From: Candidatus Bathyarchaeia archaeon
Lineage (GTDB): Archaea; Thermoproteota; CALKCG01; B24
Assembly (NCBI GenBank): GCA_038870975.1
Contig: JAVZJD010000002.1
Coordinates: 64,001 to 128,000 of the forward strand
Direction: 5' to 3'
DNA length: 64,000 nt
Positions 30,118 to 39,251 of the stretch are shown here, piece by piece. How positions within the stretch are numbered: position 1 is the stretch's first letter; every line of letters begins with the position of its first letter. Below the pieces are notes generated by a model that saw nothing but the letters and a program-made list of their open reading frames with translations, ran no database searches and had not been told where the DNA came from. The position numbers were made by a program, and so were the translations under genes.

Positions 30118-30498
30118 TTAGCTTTTTAACCACCTGTAGACCGTCTTTAAAGGTATGTTAAACTCCTCTGAAATCCGCCTCACATCGTATCCTTTATCTT
30201 TAAGCTCTTGAACCAGTTTTCTGTATTTCCTTCTCTCAGCTTTGCTAAACCTAGATTTATTTTTAAAGACCACCCTACCGTCATTGCCGAATAATGATAA
30301 TGCAAGGGTAAAAGCCTTAATGTAATTACTCTCCCTATTCACATAGCCGATTAGCTCAACACGATAGCCTTCTGCTATGTAGCTTCGCAACTGGTTTAAA
30401 ACATACTCTATGGAGTTCAGGTTTACATTTGAAGCAAACCTAACCTCTACTAGCCTATTCTCAGGTTTAACTTCAACTGAATACTTAACGTTGGACAT
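30118..30498 (-). CDS. Small regulator with C-terminal HTH
   Basis: KGYDVRRISEEFNIPLKTVYRWL HTH; SD-like GTGGTG and BRE/TATA upstream. Confidence 0.8.
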   Translation of the reverse strand: MSNVKYSVEVKPENRLVEVRFASNVNLNSIEYVLNQLRSYIAEGYRVELIGYVNRESNYIKAFTLALSLFGNDGRVVFKNKSRFSKAERRKYRKLVQELKDKGYDVRRISEEFNIPLKTVYRWLKS

Positions 30499-30549
30499 TC
30501 TTCAGACACCACTGTTGAATAAACTAACCCTAAAACCTCGCAGGTTCTC

Positions 30550-30636
30550 TTATAAACTTTTCTCATTTTTAATATTTCTTATAATGAGAAAAGTTTATAA
30601 ACCCCTTCTCATATTGTAGAAAATTGAAAATGAGAA
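30550..30636. promoter_or_regulatory. Mirror-image divergent BRE/TATA promoters with two TTCTCAT-N17-ATGAGAA operators
   Basis: 18-bp perfect inverted repeat 30550-30567 / 30583-30600; half-site pairs 30560/30584 and 30606/30630. Confidence 0.8.
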
Positions 30637-30655
30637 TAGAAAGAGGTGGTGGAGA

Positions 30656-30730
30656 ATGATTTGGAGGGCAATCAAAGTGTCGATGACTAGACATATAATA
30701 ACTGACCGAGGTCCTCCAATGAGGTTATAA
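30656..30730 (+). CDS. 24-aa micropeptide MIWRAIKVSMTRHIITDRGPPMRL
   Basis: BRE+TATA (GAGAAAAGTTTATAAA), SD GAGGTGGTGG, ATG...TAA, followed by a T7 tract. Confidence 0.65.
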   Translation: MIWRAIKVSMTRHIITDRGPPMRL

Positions 30731-30734
30731 CTGC

Positions 30735-30741
30735 TTTTTTT
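30735..30741 (+). terminator. Oligo-T terminator after the micropeptide
   Basis: TTTTTTT 4 nt after TAA. Confidence 0.5.
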
Positions 30742-30761
30742 GGGGAAATCGTTTAAACTCT

Positions 30762-31757
30762 TCATATCCCTCTTATCTTCTTGACGGCTTCAACCATAGC
30801 CTTCCAAGCACTTCCAGGGTCTTCACATGAGAGTTCAGACCCTTCTTCTGCTCTAAAACTCCAAGTAGCTATGGCATCTGCTCCAAGCTCTACTGCTTTA
30901 ATAACACTCTTGTAAACGTCTAACTCGCGTCCTTTTGGAATCTTTATAAGCTCCACCCATATTTGGCTCTTCAAATTGGCCTTTCTAGACACCTCTAAAG
31001 CCCTGTTAACCCACTCTGTAAACCATTCAAAGGATCTATTGCCCCAAATCCAATATGGATCTGTTGAAAATACGTCTAGATTTTTAAGGTTTAAAACAGG
31101 GTTCCAAGAGTATATTCCGTGCATACCTGTATGTTCAGGCATAAGGCACAGTATGTTTAAAAGCCTTCTATCAAGCTTTTTGACTTCAAATGTAAGTTCA
31201 TTTAAAAGGTTGAACAATGAATTCTGCCTAAACTTTTTAACATCATCGGTTAAACTGCCAGGCATATCATACCCATACTCTTCGTGGAAAGTTCTTCTGC
31301 AAATCGAGCATCTACAAGTCCAAACCTCAGGCCAACCCTTGGGCACTACTAGGGAAGGCTCATCCCAGAATATGCCGTCAGGTTTGAGTCTATTGACTAT
31401 TTCTCTGACGCTATTCTTAAGCCAAGCCCTGTATTCTGGATTGTTTGGGCATCCCCTGATTGGGTAAATATGCCCGTTGCTATCTACTTCACACCAATCA
31501 GGGTTACTCGGCACCGCTATGCTAAAATGTCCTGGTACGAAAAACCCGAAACCATGTACATCCACAAACACTTTCAAACCGATGCGGTGCGCTCTATCGA
31601 CTACTGTCTTTTTAGCGTTGACCATGCTAGGCCACTCATACTCGTTAACACAAAGCGTTATTGAGGTAAAACCAGCCTCATAAATCTCCTTTAAATCATC
31701 CTCAACATGGCTGGGATAAGGGCATCCATAGTAGGCTACACTAACATCCCAAACCAA
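30762..31757 (-). CDS. Putative TIM-barrel glycoside hydrolase (GH42/GHL10-like) with Cys cluster
   Basis: AGFTSI, AHRIGLKV, CPNNP, DGIFWDEP, CRCSIC, TDPYW. Confidence 0.65.
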   Translation of the reverse strand: MVWDVSVAYYGCPYPSHVEDDLKEIYEAGFTSITLCVNEYEWPSMVNAKKTVVDRAHRIGLKVFVDVHGFGFFVPGHFSIAVPSNPDWCEVDSNGHIYPIRGCPNNPEYRAWLKNSVREIVNRLKPDGIFWDEPSLVVPKGWPEVWTCRCSICRRTFHEEYGYDMPGSLTDDVKKFRQNSLFNLLNELTFEVKKLDRRLLNILCLMPEHTGMHGIYSWNPVLNLKNLDVFSTDPYWIWGNRSFEWFTEWVNRALEVSRKANLKSQIWVELIKIPKGRELDVYKSVIKAVELGADAIATWSFRAEEGSELSCEDPGSAWKAMVEAVKKIRGI

Positions 31758-32083
31758 AATTTCACACCCCTTACAATAGTTACAGGTTCAAGCTTTAAAA
31801 CAATTCTTACACACGTCTACTAGACAGTATTCCACTATTAAGACTACTAGCCACTAAAGACCCGTCGGTATTGACCTATTCGTTAAAAAGCCTCTACTTC
31901 GTAGAAGGACTTGGGAATTCTCCATAATGATACAATGGAAAAATTACTCGACTTAAATTTAAATAGGGTACAGTATTCTAAACGTCTCCATTTTATGGAA
32001 ATGGGTCGTTCGAACTTTTAAAGTTGAAACTCCAAGTATCAGAGAATACTGAACATTTTGAAACATGGAAAAATTAAGGGCTA

Positions 32084-32845
32084 TTATAGCCCCATCTTCC
32101 TCAGATTCTCTAAGCATCGTCTTACACATTCTAAGGGCTTATATGCGTAGCTTTCCTGTTCCACTATGTACCACTGTGTTCCGCCGACTTTTTCACATAA
32201 TTGGAAGAACTCCCTCCACTTCATATCGCCTTCACCTATTAGAGCTAGTGGATTTCTCGAAGAATACTCTTTAATGTGCACCGTGAGGGCGCGTTTAGGA
32301 TAACGTTTAATTATCTCAAGTATGCCATCCGCGCTAACTCCGCCATGCATAGCATTACCAGTGTCCAATTGCATTACAACTTCAGGTACTGTAGAACTGA
32401 AGAATATATCCCATGGGATTTCACCATTCATAGGTTCGAACTCGATATGGTGGTTATGGTAGCCTATATACATCCCCTCAGGCTTCAGTTTCCCGGCTAT
32501 CTCGTTGAAAAGCTTAGCCGTTTTAAGCCAAGCCTCCTTAGAACTTCTCATGTCGTCAGGTATCCAAGGCACTATGAGGAATCGGTTTCCAAGCGTCTTA
32601 TTGAATTCGATAGTCTGCTTCAACTTCTCGCCGAGTAGAGTATCTATACCTATGTGGGTTCCTGCAACCTTCAAACCTAAATCTTTAAGCATATCTCTCA
32701 GTTCTCCAGCGCTCCTACCATAGTAGCCCGCAAATTCTACACCTTCATAGCCCATACTCGCTACTTCTTCCAACGTTTTACGTAAATCACGAGCACAATC
32801 ATCACGGACAGAATATAATTGTAAAGCTATCGGTATCTTCCCCAT
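32084..32845 (-). CDS. Sugar phosphate isomerase/epimerase (xylose isomerase-like TIM barrel)
   Basis: LQLYSVR, GVEFAG, YHNH, LDTG, HIKE, IVEQE. Confidence 0.9.
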   Translation of the reverse strand: MGKIPIALQLYSVRDDCARDLRKTLEEVASMGYEGVEFAGYYGRSAGELRDMLKDLGLKVAGTHIGIDTLLGEKLKQTIEFNKTLGNRFLIVPWIPDDMRSSKEAWLKTAKLFNEIAGKLKPEGMYIGYHNHHIEFEPMNGEIPWDIFFSSTVPEVVMQLDTGNAMHGGVSADGILEIIKRYPKRALTVHIKEYSSRNPLALIGEGDMKWREFFQLCEKVGGTQWYIVEQESYAYKPLECVRRCLENLRKMGL

Positions 32846-32970
32846 ATGGATACACCACTCCTATATCTCCTCAGTAGCCTTTAAACTTTTCCAAGTAAAC
32901 CTATTCAGTATAGTGTGAAAGGTCGAATTCTATAAAAGCATTTAAGCGTGTTAAAACAGATATTCTACGG

Positions 32971-35232
32971 ATGTTTAACTTGAAGATTCCAAACTTTAAA
33001 TGCGAATTCAAAACAGTAGCCGTTACAGCGGCAATAATACTGCTGATAGCCTTCAGTGTAGTAGGATACTTATACTACAGTGGCTTCTTCGCCTTGGAGA
33101 AAAAGAAGAACATGGTCGGAATAATATCTATAAGCGGTGCCATCCTACTATCTGAGCAAGTGGACACTTACGATAAAATCATAGGCCATGCTCTAAAAAA
33201 CAGCAGTATTAAAGCCGTAGTGTTACGAATAGACTCTCCAGGCGGCTACGCTGACCTAATAGAGGAAATATACTTGGATATTCTGGAGTTGAAGAAGGTT
33301 AAACCCGTAGTAGCCTCGGTGACAATGGCTCTTTCGGGAGGCTACTACATAGCAGTCGCCGCAGACTACATATATGCTGCTCCAACATCCTTCGTCGGAA
33401 ACATAGGGGTTATAGGTGTCATGCCTCCAACGTTAATCCCATCAGAAATCGTCATTGAAACGGGTGTATATAAGGCTACGGGCTTCTCTAAGCTTCTCTT
33501 TCCGTTCAACCTAAGCCATGCGTTAGATAACTTCGCCTCAGCTGTTGAAACAGGTAGAGGAAATAGGCTGAAAATCTCTCCAGTGGAGCTTAGAAGAGGA
33601 ACAATATACTTGGGAAGTGAAGCCGTAAAACTCGGATTAATAGATGAAATAGGCGCCCTTCAAAAAGCCATAAGCAAAGCCGCTGAAGAAGCTGGACTTG
33701 TAGAATATGATGTTATTGATTTAAACGAAGCCTTTAAAGAAGTTGCTTATTCCTGGGGCTCGCTAAGCTCTAATTTAACTTTAAACTGGAGAAACCTAAC
33801 GGTTGAAGTGCTCAACAGTCTTCAACCGCCTCCGTCAATATGGTACTTGTACCTACCATCTGAATCAAGCTTCACCGTACTGTCAAATGTGGAGTCTACA
33901 ACTGTAGGAACTAGTGTTTTTAACGAGCATGGAAAAGGGCTCGTATTAATAGATAAATCGCACGGAAATAAAGTATCAACTTGGGATTTAGACATACTGA
34001 TAGCTGAACTGACAAGTAGAAATATAACTGTACAGTTTTCCTCCAATTGGAGCAATCTAGCATCCATGTTAGGTAATGCATCATGCCTAATCATAGCATC
34101 TCCAACTATAGTATACTCCCCTGAAGAATGCAACATCGTTGAAGATTTCGTAGGTAGAGGTGGTATTCTATTACTCTTCTTCGACCCCGCGTACGAATAC
34201 TTAAGCATGTTTGAACTGTTCGACCCTATAAACTCCATAGCGACTAGATTCGGCTTCTTCTTCGCCAAGGGATACTTGTACAACGAGATTAATTACTACG
34301 GTTTCTACCGCAACATATATGTAAACCGTTTCAAGGATAGTAATGTGACGAGAGACTTAAAATCTCTAGTGTTCTTTACAGCTACACACATATATCCGTC
34401 GAATAGAGGGGTTGCCTGGTCTTCAGAAAACACCTATTCTTCAACGGCAGAGAAGACAGGTGAATACGCGGTTATAGCGATTGTTAAGATGAACGGCACC
34501 GTGTTAGCATTTAGCGATCAAACGTTTCTTACAGAGCCATACTGTTATGTTGAAGATAACTACAAGCTCATCCTAAATATAGTCGACCTTATACTGAAGG
34601 CTGAAGTGAAGCCTACCGTTAAAGAAGTTGTTGAAAAGGCTGTTGAAGAAATAGCTGAGCCCGAGTTGCCAGTTGGAACCGTCAAAGAATTCATAGAGCG
34701 GATTGACGGTGAAGAACATGTAGTTAAATGGGTGAAGTTGAGTGAAGTCGAGGTTTTAGTTGAAAAACCAGGTGAAACAACACACTACTACTATGATGAG
34801 AAAGGGTCGTTAATCAGAGTGGAATCTGATGGAATTGAGATAGTCTATGATACACCTATAGCAGCTCCACCATATCCACTTACCAGAGGAAAAACTTGGA
34901 TTCGTGAAAGTAACTACACTATGTATCTTAACGGTGGTAAAGCATATGGGAAAATTAACGCAAGCTATAAAGTCGAAGATTTCCAATACGTAGAGGCGAA
35001 GAATGGGGAGACGTACTTCTGCGCAAAAATCCATTATACCGTTGTAGATGAGTTTAAAATCGGGGAGAGCTACATATCAATGGTATCCGAGGGATTTTTA
35101 TGGGTTTCACGGGAAGCTGGAGAAGTCAAGGAAGAGTATACAGTCACTTACTTCGTTAATAGTTCCCCTCTAAGCAGAACAAATGTAACACTAATACTTA
35201 AGAGTATTCAGAAAGGCGGTAAAAGTTTCTAG
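32971..35232 (+). CDS. S49 (SppA) peptidase fused to a GldG/DUF4350-like domain and a C-terminal beta domain
   Basis: TM anchor; LRIDSPGG, ALSGGYY, GNIGV, YK, GLIDEIG; then IDKSHGN, FVGRGG, DNYKL. Confidence 0.8.
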   Translation: MFNLKIPNFKCEFKTVAVTAAIILLIAFSVVGYLYYSGFFALEKKKNMVGIISISGAILLSEQVDTYDKIIGHALKNSSIKAVVLRIDSPGGYADLIEEIYLDILELKKVKPVVASVTMALSGGYYIAVAADYIYAAPTSFVGNIGVIGVMPPTLIPSEIVIETGVYKATGFSKLLFPFNLSHALDNFASAVETGRGNRLKISPVELRRGTIYLGSEAVKLGLIDEIGALQKAISKAAEEAGLVEYDVIDLNEAFKEVAYSWGSLSSNLTLNWRNLTVEVLNSLQPPPSIWYLYLPSESSFTVLSNVESTTVGTSVFNEHGKGLVLIDKSHGNKVSTWDLDILIAELTSRNITVQFSSNWSNLASMLGNASCLIIASPTIVYSPEECNIVEDFVGRGGILLLFFDPAYEYLSMFELFDPINSIATRFGFFFAKGYLYNEINYYGFYRNIYVNRFKDSNVTRDLKSLVFFTATHIYPSNRGVAWSSENTYSSTAEKTGEYAVIAIVKMNGTVLAFSDQTFLTEPYCYVEDNYKLILNIVDLILKAEVKPTVKEVVEKAVEEIAEPELPVGTVKEFIERIDGEEHVVKWVKLSEVEVLVEKPGETTHYYYDEKGSLIRVESDGIEIVYDTPIAAPPYPLTRGKTWIRESNYTMYLNGGKAYGKINASYKVEDFQYVEAKNGETYFCAKIHYTVVDEFKIGESYISMVSEGFLWVSREAGEVKEEYTVTYFVNSSPLSRTNVTLILKSIQKGGKSF

Positions 35233-35253
35233 TAATCCTGGGGTCTGGCTTCC

Positions 35254-36099
35254 ATGATCGTGGATTTCCACACCCATATTGGAGGTGTTAAATCATACCA
35301 TAGAAACCTGAAGGGTTTGATCTTCATAACGGAGAACGACCTTTTAAGCTATATGGCTGAGTTTAACATACAACGAGCCGTATTACTGCCTGCATTAGGA
35401 TTCGACGTTGAACTGGGCGAGTACATTCAGTCTCCTGAGAATGTGCTTAGAATCTGCAGATTCCATCAAGAGTTAATACCATTCTGCTGTGTAGATTTAG
35501 CGGAGCCTAGGAAGTCAAACGTCATAGAAGAGTATGTTTCTAGAGGGGCTAGAGGATATGGTGAGCATAAGGTAAAACTCCCGATAGATCACAAGTCTTC
35601 CCTGGAGATTTATGAAATCTGTGGAAAACTCAAAATACCAGTTTTAATACATGTTGACGATTCTCACAATTACATGTTCGAAGAGGCATTTCAGAGGATA
35701 GCTTACGAATACAATGAGACGGTTTTCATAATGCACGGACCTGGATGGTGGCGTCATATATCGGCGGAACCGTCGAGAGAAACATATCCAACAGGTCCTG
35801 TGAAACCTGGCGGACTGGTGGATAGAATTCTAAGCGAATTTGAAAACGTATACGCAGATATTTCAGCTACATCTGGATTTAACGCTTTACAGAGGGATAG
35901 AAACTATGCTAGAGAGTTTCTTGAAAAACATAGGTCAAAGGTCATTTTCGGAACGGATTTCCCATGTATCGACCCACATGGGTGGCAATTTGGAGCTGAT
36001 GGGCTTCACCTAAACCTACTTAAATCGCTAGGGTTAAACGATAAGACTTTCGAAGCCATAGTGTTTAAGAATGCTGAAAGACTGTTAAATATACCCTGA
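35254..36099 (+). CDS. Amidohydrolase 2 family
   Basis: DFHTH, GEHK, LIH, MHGPG, YADISA, FGTD. Confidence 0.87.
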   Translation: MIVDFHTHIGGVKSYHRNLKGLIFITENDLLSYMAEFNIQRAVLLPALGFDVELGEYIQSPENVLRICRFHQELIPFCCVDLAEPRKSNVIEEYVSRGARGYGEHKVKLPIDHKSSLEIYEICGKLKIPVLIHVDDSHNYMFEEAFQRIAYEYNETVFIMHGPGWWRHISAEPSRETYPTGPVKPGGLVDRILSEFENVYADISATSGFNALQRDRNYAREFLEKHRSKVIFGTDFPCIDPHGWQFGADGLHLNLLKSLGLNDKTFEAIVFKNAERLLNIP

Positions 36100-36148
36100 C
36101 AACGGCTAAGGGTAAATGTTTATATTAATTCTACGTTAAACGATTCTG

Positions 36149-38380
36149 ATGAATTTTAAGATTGAAAAACAAACTGATAGACGGAGTCGAACCACCATTT
36201 TCCCATTTAGTACTCACTTCTACCGTGAACCTTCAAGACCCTTGGATGAGCTTCTACGCGATATGCGTATTATCAAACGCCTAGGGTTTAACACGGTTAA
36301 GCTTCAAGAGTCTTGGTGTATAGATGAGAAGAGAGAAGGTGAAGTAGATTTAAGCAGAGTGGAAGCTTTAATTGAAGAGGCTGAGAAGCTTGGGCTTTAC
36401 ATATACTTCGGCGTAACTATGGAGCAGGCTCCAGCTTGGCTTTGGCGTAAATACTCAGACTGTAGAATGGTATATAGCACTGGGGAGAAGCATGAAGACC
36501 CTACGCAGTACCTACTACCCGGTGACGGCAAACCCGGCTTCTGCTGGGACCACCCTGGCGCTAGAGAATCAGCCTTAAAATTTATAGCTGAAGTAGCCAG
36601 ACGGCTTGGAAAGTATGACAATATACTGGTCTGGAACGTTTGGCAGGAGGTGGGATTCTGGCCTATGCGTAACATACCCGGTAGTCTAGGCTTCTGCTAC
36701 TGTCCGTATACGCTGGCTGAATTTAGGAAGTGGCTTATGGAGAAGTACGGAGATTTAAACGAACTAAATAAAGCTTGGCGTACAGGCTACGGCGAGTGGG
36801 AGGAGGTGGAACCTCCGCGTATATTCGCCGCAGTACCGTCTTGGATAGATTGGAGATACTTCATGGACGACGTTTACTTATCGAAAGTCATAAGGTGGAA
36901 GGCTGAAGCATTTAGAAGAAACGACCCCAAGCATAGACCAGTTATGTGCCACGTAGCTTCTCCAACTATAGGGAGTGGAAGCACTTGGCGCTATGCAGCT
37001 GAGGTTGAAGAGTTTGGGAGCTCGTGTTATCCGGCTTGGTCTCCATTCCACGCTTGGGATTATGGCTGTCCGCAGCGTGGGGAATCCGTACCATATGAGC
37101 TAGCGGTTGTTCAAGAGGTTGAAAACATAGCAATGGTTTACGACTACGTGAGAAGCAGTTTAAAGCCTAGTGGAGTACTATGGGCCGCCGAGTTTCAGGG
37201 AGGGCCAATAGCAACATACTTACACCTCGGTAGAACACCATCGCCAGAGGATATTCGGAGATGGGTTTTAACAGCACTGTCCTCAGGTGTTCAGGCTCTA
37301 TCCTTCTGGAATCATAGGGCTGAAATGTTCTGGCTTGAAGCCTACGGCTTTGGACTGCTAGACTCTCAAGGGGAATCTACACCTAGGGCTGAAGAAGCAG
37401 GTCAACTAGCTAAAGCCTTGAATAAACATCCAGAATTATTCCGTCTGAGCAGGGTGGAGCAATCGCAGGTCGCTATAATTGTAGATGAAGACCTGTGGCA
37501 TTTTACGCAGGCTACTGGAGACGCCTCAATGCATCTCTCATTTACAATACGTGGAATATATAAAATGCTGTGGGAATCAGCTGTATGGGTGGATTTTGTA
37601 GAGGCGAGTTTAGCTTCTTTTGAAGAGCTTGAAAAGTATAAGGCTATAATATTCCCATTTCCATTATCCATGAGCGAAGAAGTCTTCCGAAAACTTGAAA
37701 AATACGTATCCTCAGGCGGTATATTAATCTCAGAACCCTGTCCAGGACGATATGACAGATTTGGGTTCGCAAGAGCGGATGAATTAATCGAAGGTGCTGA
37801 GGAGCTTTTCGGCGTTGAGCATGAGTCGCTTCAACTGTGCCATGAACCCGTTAAACCACCCAGGTGGACACCAGTAGAGAGAAGCTATGGTGAAATAAGG
37901 TCATCTACTAGATTTGAAGGTACTGGACTCTTTAAAGGCTGTAGTGTACTCGCTAATCTTTATGTAGAGACTTTCAAGTGTAAAACGGCTAAGCCTATTC
38001 TGACATGTGATGATAAGATTGCAGGTACTGTTAATTGTTATGGTGATGGTAGGGCTTACTTAATTGGAACATTAATAGGACATGGATATGCAGCATTCAA
38101 AGACCAGTCTACTAGAGACTTCCTAGTCCACCTATTGAAGTTGGAGAATATTCTACCTGAGATGTGCAATGGACTAGCTATACGTAGACGCACTTACAAA
38201 GATGACGAAATACGCTTTCTCATAAATATGACCTCCAAACCTCACATAGGCATTTTGGAAGAAGAGACAGAATTCTCTAAGGTTGAAGATCTACTTGGGG
38301 ATCCTGTGGAAAGAGGGTCTGGAAAGATAAAAGTTGAAGTAAAACCATTCTCTGTAAGGTGTGTAATATTCGAACGTTGA
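36149..38380 (+). CDS. GH42 beta-galactosidase-like
   Basis: GFNTVKL, APAWL, WNVWQE, CYCP, LNKAW, AEFQGG, trimerisation domain. Confidence 0.85.
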   Translation: MNFKIEKQTDRRSRTTIFPFSTHFYREPSRPLDELLRDMRIIKRLGFNTVKLQESWCIDEKREGEVDLSRVEALIEEAEKLGLYIYFGVTMEQAPAWLWRKYSDCRMVYSTGEKHEDPTQYLLPGDGKPGFCWDHPGARESALKFIAEVARRLGKYDNILVWNVWQEVGFWPMRNIPGSLGFCYCPYTLAEFRKWLMEKYGDLNELNKAWRTGYGEWEEVEPPRIFAAVPSWIDWRYFMDDVYLSKVIRWKAEAFRRNDPKHRPVMCHVASPTIGSGSTWRYAAEVEEFGSSCYPAWSPFHAWDYGCPQRGESVPYELAVVQEVENIAMVYDYVRSSLKPSGVLWAAEFQGGPIATYLHLGRTPSPEDIRRWVLTALSSGVQALSFWNHRAEMFWLEAYGFGLLDSQGESTPRAEEAGQLAKALNKHPELFRLSRVEQSQVAIIVDEDLWHFTQATGDASMHLSFTIRGIYKMLWESAVWVDFVEASLASFEELEKYKAIIFPFPLSMSEEVFRKLEKYVSSGGILISEPCPGRYDRFGFARADELIEGAEELFGVEHESLQLCHEPVKPPRWTPVERSYGEIRSSTRFEGTGLFKGCSVLANLYVETFKCKTAKPILTCDDKIAGTVNCYGDGRAYLIGTLIGHGYAAFKDQSTRDFLVHLLKLENILPEMCNGLAIRRRTYKDDEIRFLINMTSKPHIGILEEETEFSKVEDLLGDPVERGSGKIKVEVKPFSVRCVIFER

Positions 38381-38471
38381 TACGAAATTACAGCTCTCTA
38401 TTTAAACAATGTTTTAGTGTTATTCCTCCGTGTACTTTTATTTAAATGACTCCTCTAGGACACACCAGCCA

Positions 38472-39101
38472 TTATGCTAAAGCATTTACCTTGCGTTTGC
38501 GTCTTCCTCGTTTACGCTTGGGCAGTCCAAGCCTATTTCTAAGCGAGATCACTGTATTCAGAGGTATTTGGAGTTTATTGGAAATCTCCTTGTATGTGAG
38601 GTTTTCAAAGTATAGTTTTTTGAATTCTTCAACGTCTACGTTCACAGGGTCTGGACGTTTAAGACCTATCTTCCTACAGTGATATTTTACGGATTCAAAC
38701 GATATTTTAAGTTTCTCAGCTATCTCTCTGTATGTAAGACCCTCAAGTCTAAGCTTCTTAATGGTCTCTGGGTCAGCTGAACTAGGTCTGCCTCTACTCT
38801 TCATATTAAGACCGAGTTTTCTAGCCCAGCTTGAAACCGTGTGCCTATGTATGCCTAGCGATTTAGCTATTTCAACTGTTGAATGGTCTACCCACATGGC
38901 TTTTATAAGTGCAATCTGTTCACTGCTGAGCTTCTTATACCTACAGTACTGTGTATGCGGTGGGAGTCCAAGCTGAACCCTCCTACGTCTAACAGTAGAC
39001 TGGTAAACGTTCAGAATTCTAGCAATAGCATGGTCGCTTAAGCCTTCATTGTAAAGTCTTATTAGCTCTTCGTCTGTAAACTTCCTAGGAAACACGTTCA
39101 A
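38472..39101 (-). CDS. Protein with four tandem HTH units
   Basis: Repeats like GLSDHAIARIL..RRRVQLGL, EIAKSLGI..RKLGL, GLTYREIAEKL..RKIGL, LTYKEISNKL..RNRLGL. Confidence 0.8.
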   Translation of the reverse strand: MNVFPRKFTDEELIRLYNEGLSDHAIARILNVYQSTVRRRRVQLGLPPHTQYCRYKKLSSEQIALIKAMWVDHSTVEIAKSLGIHRHTVSSWARKLGLNMKSRGRPSSADPETIKKLRLEGLTYREIAEKLKISFESVKYHCRKIGLKRPDPVNVDVEEFKKLYFENLTYKEISNKLQIPLNTVISLRNRLGLPKRKRGRRKRKVNALA

Positions 39102-39251
39102 ATTGAAAATACGACTGTAGATTTAAATGTTTCTCATATGAGATGAGTACGTTAAGGATAGGACTCGTACATAGATATTGAAGAAACCGTTGGAGACCCC
39201 TCCTAATGCTAGAGCGACCTAGATTCCTTCATAGGCTGAGAAATAATCCTG

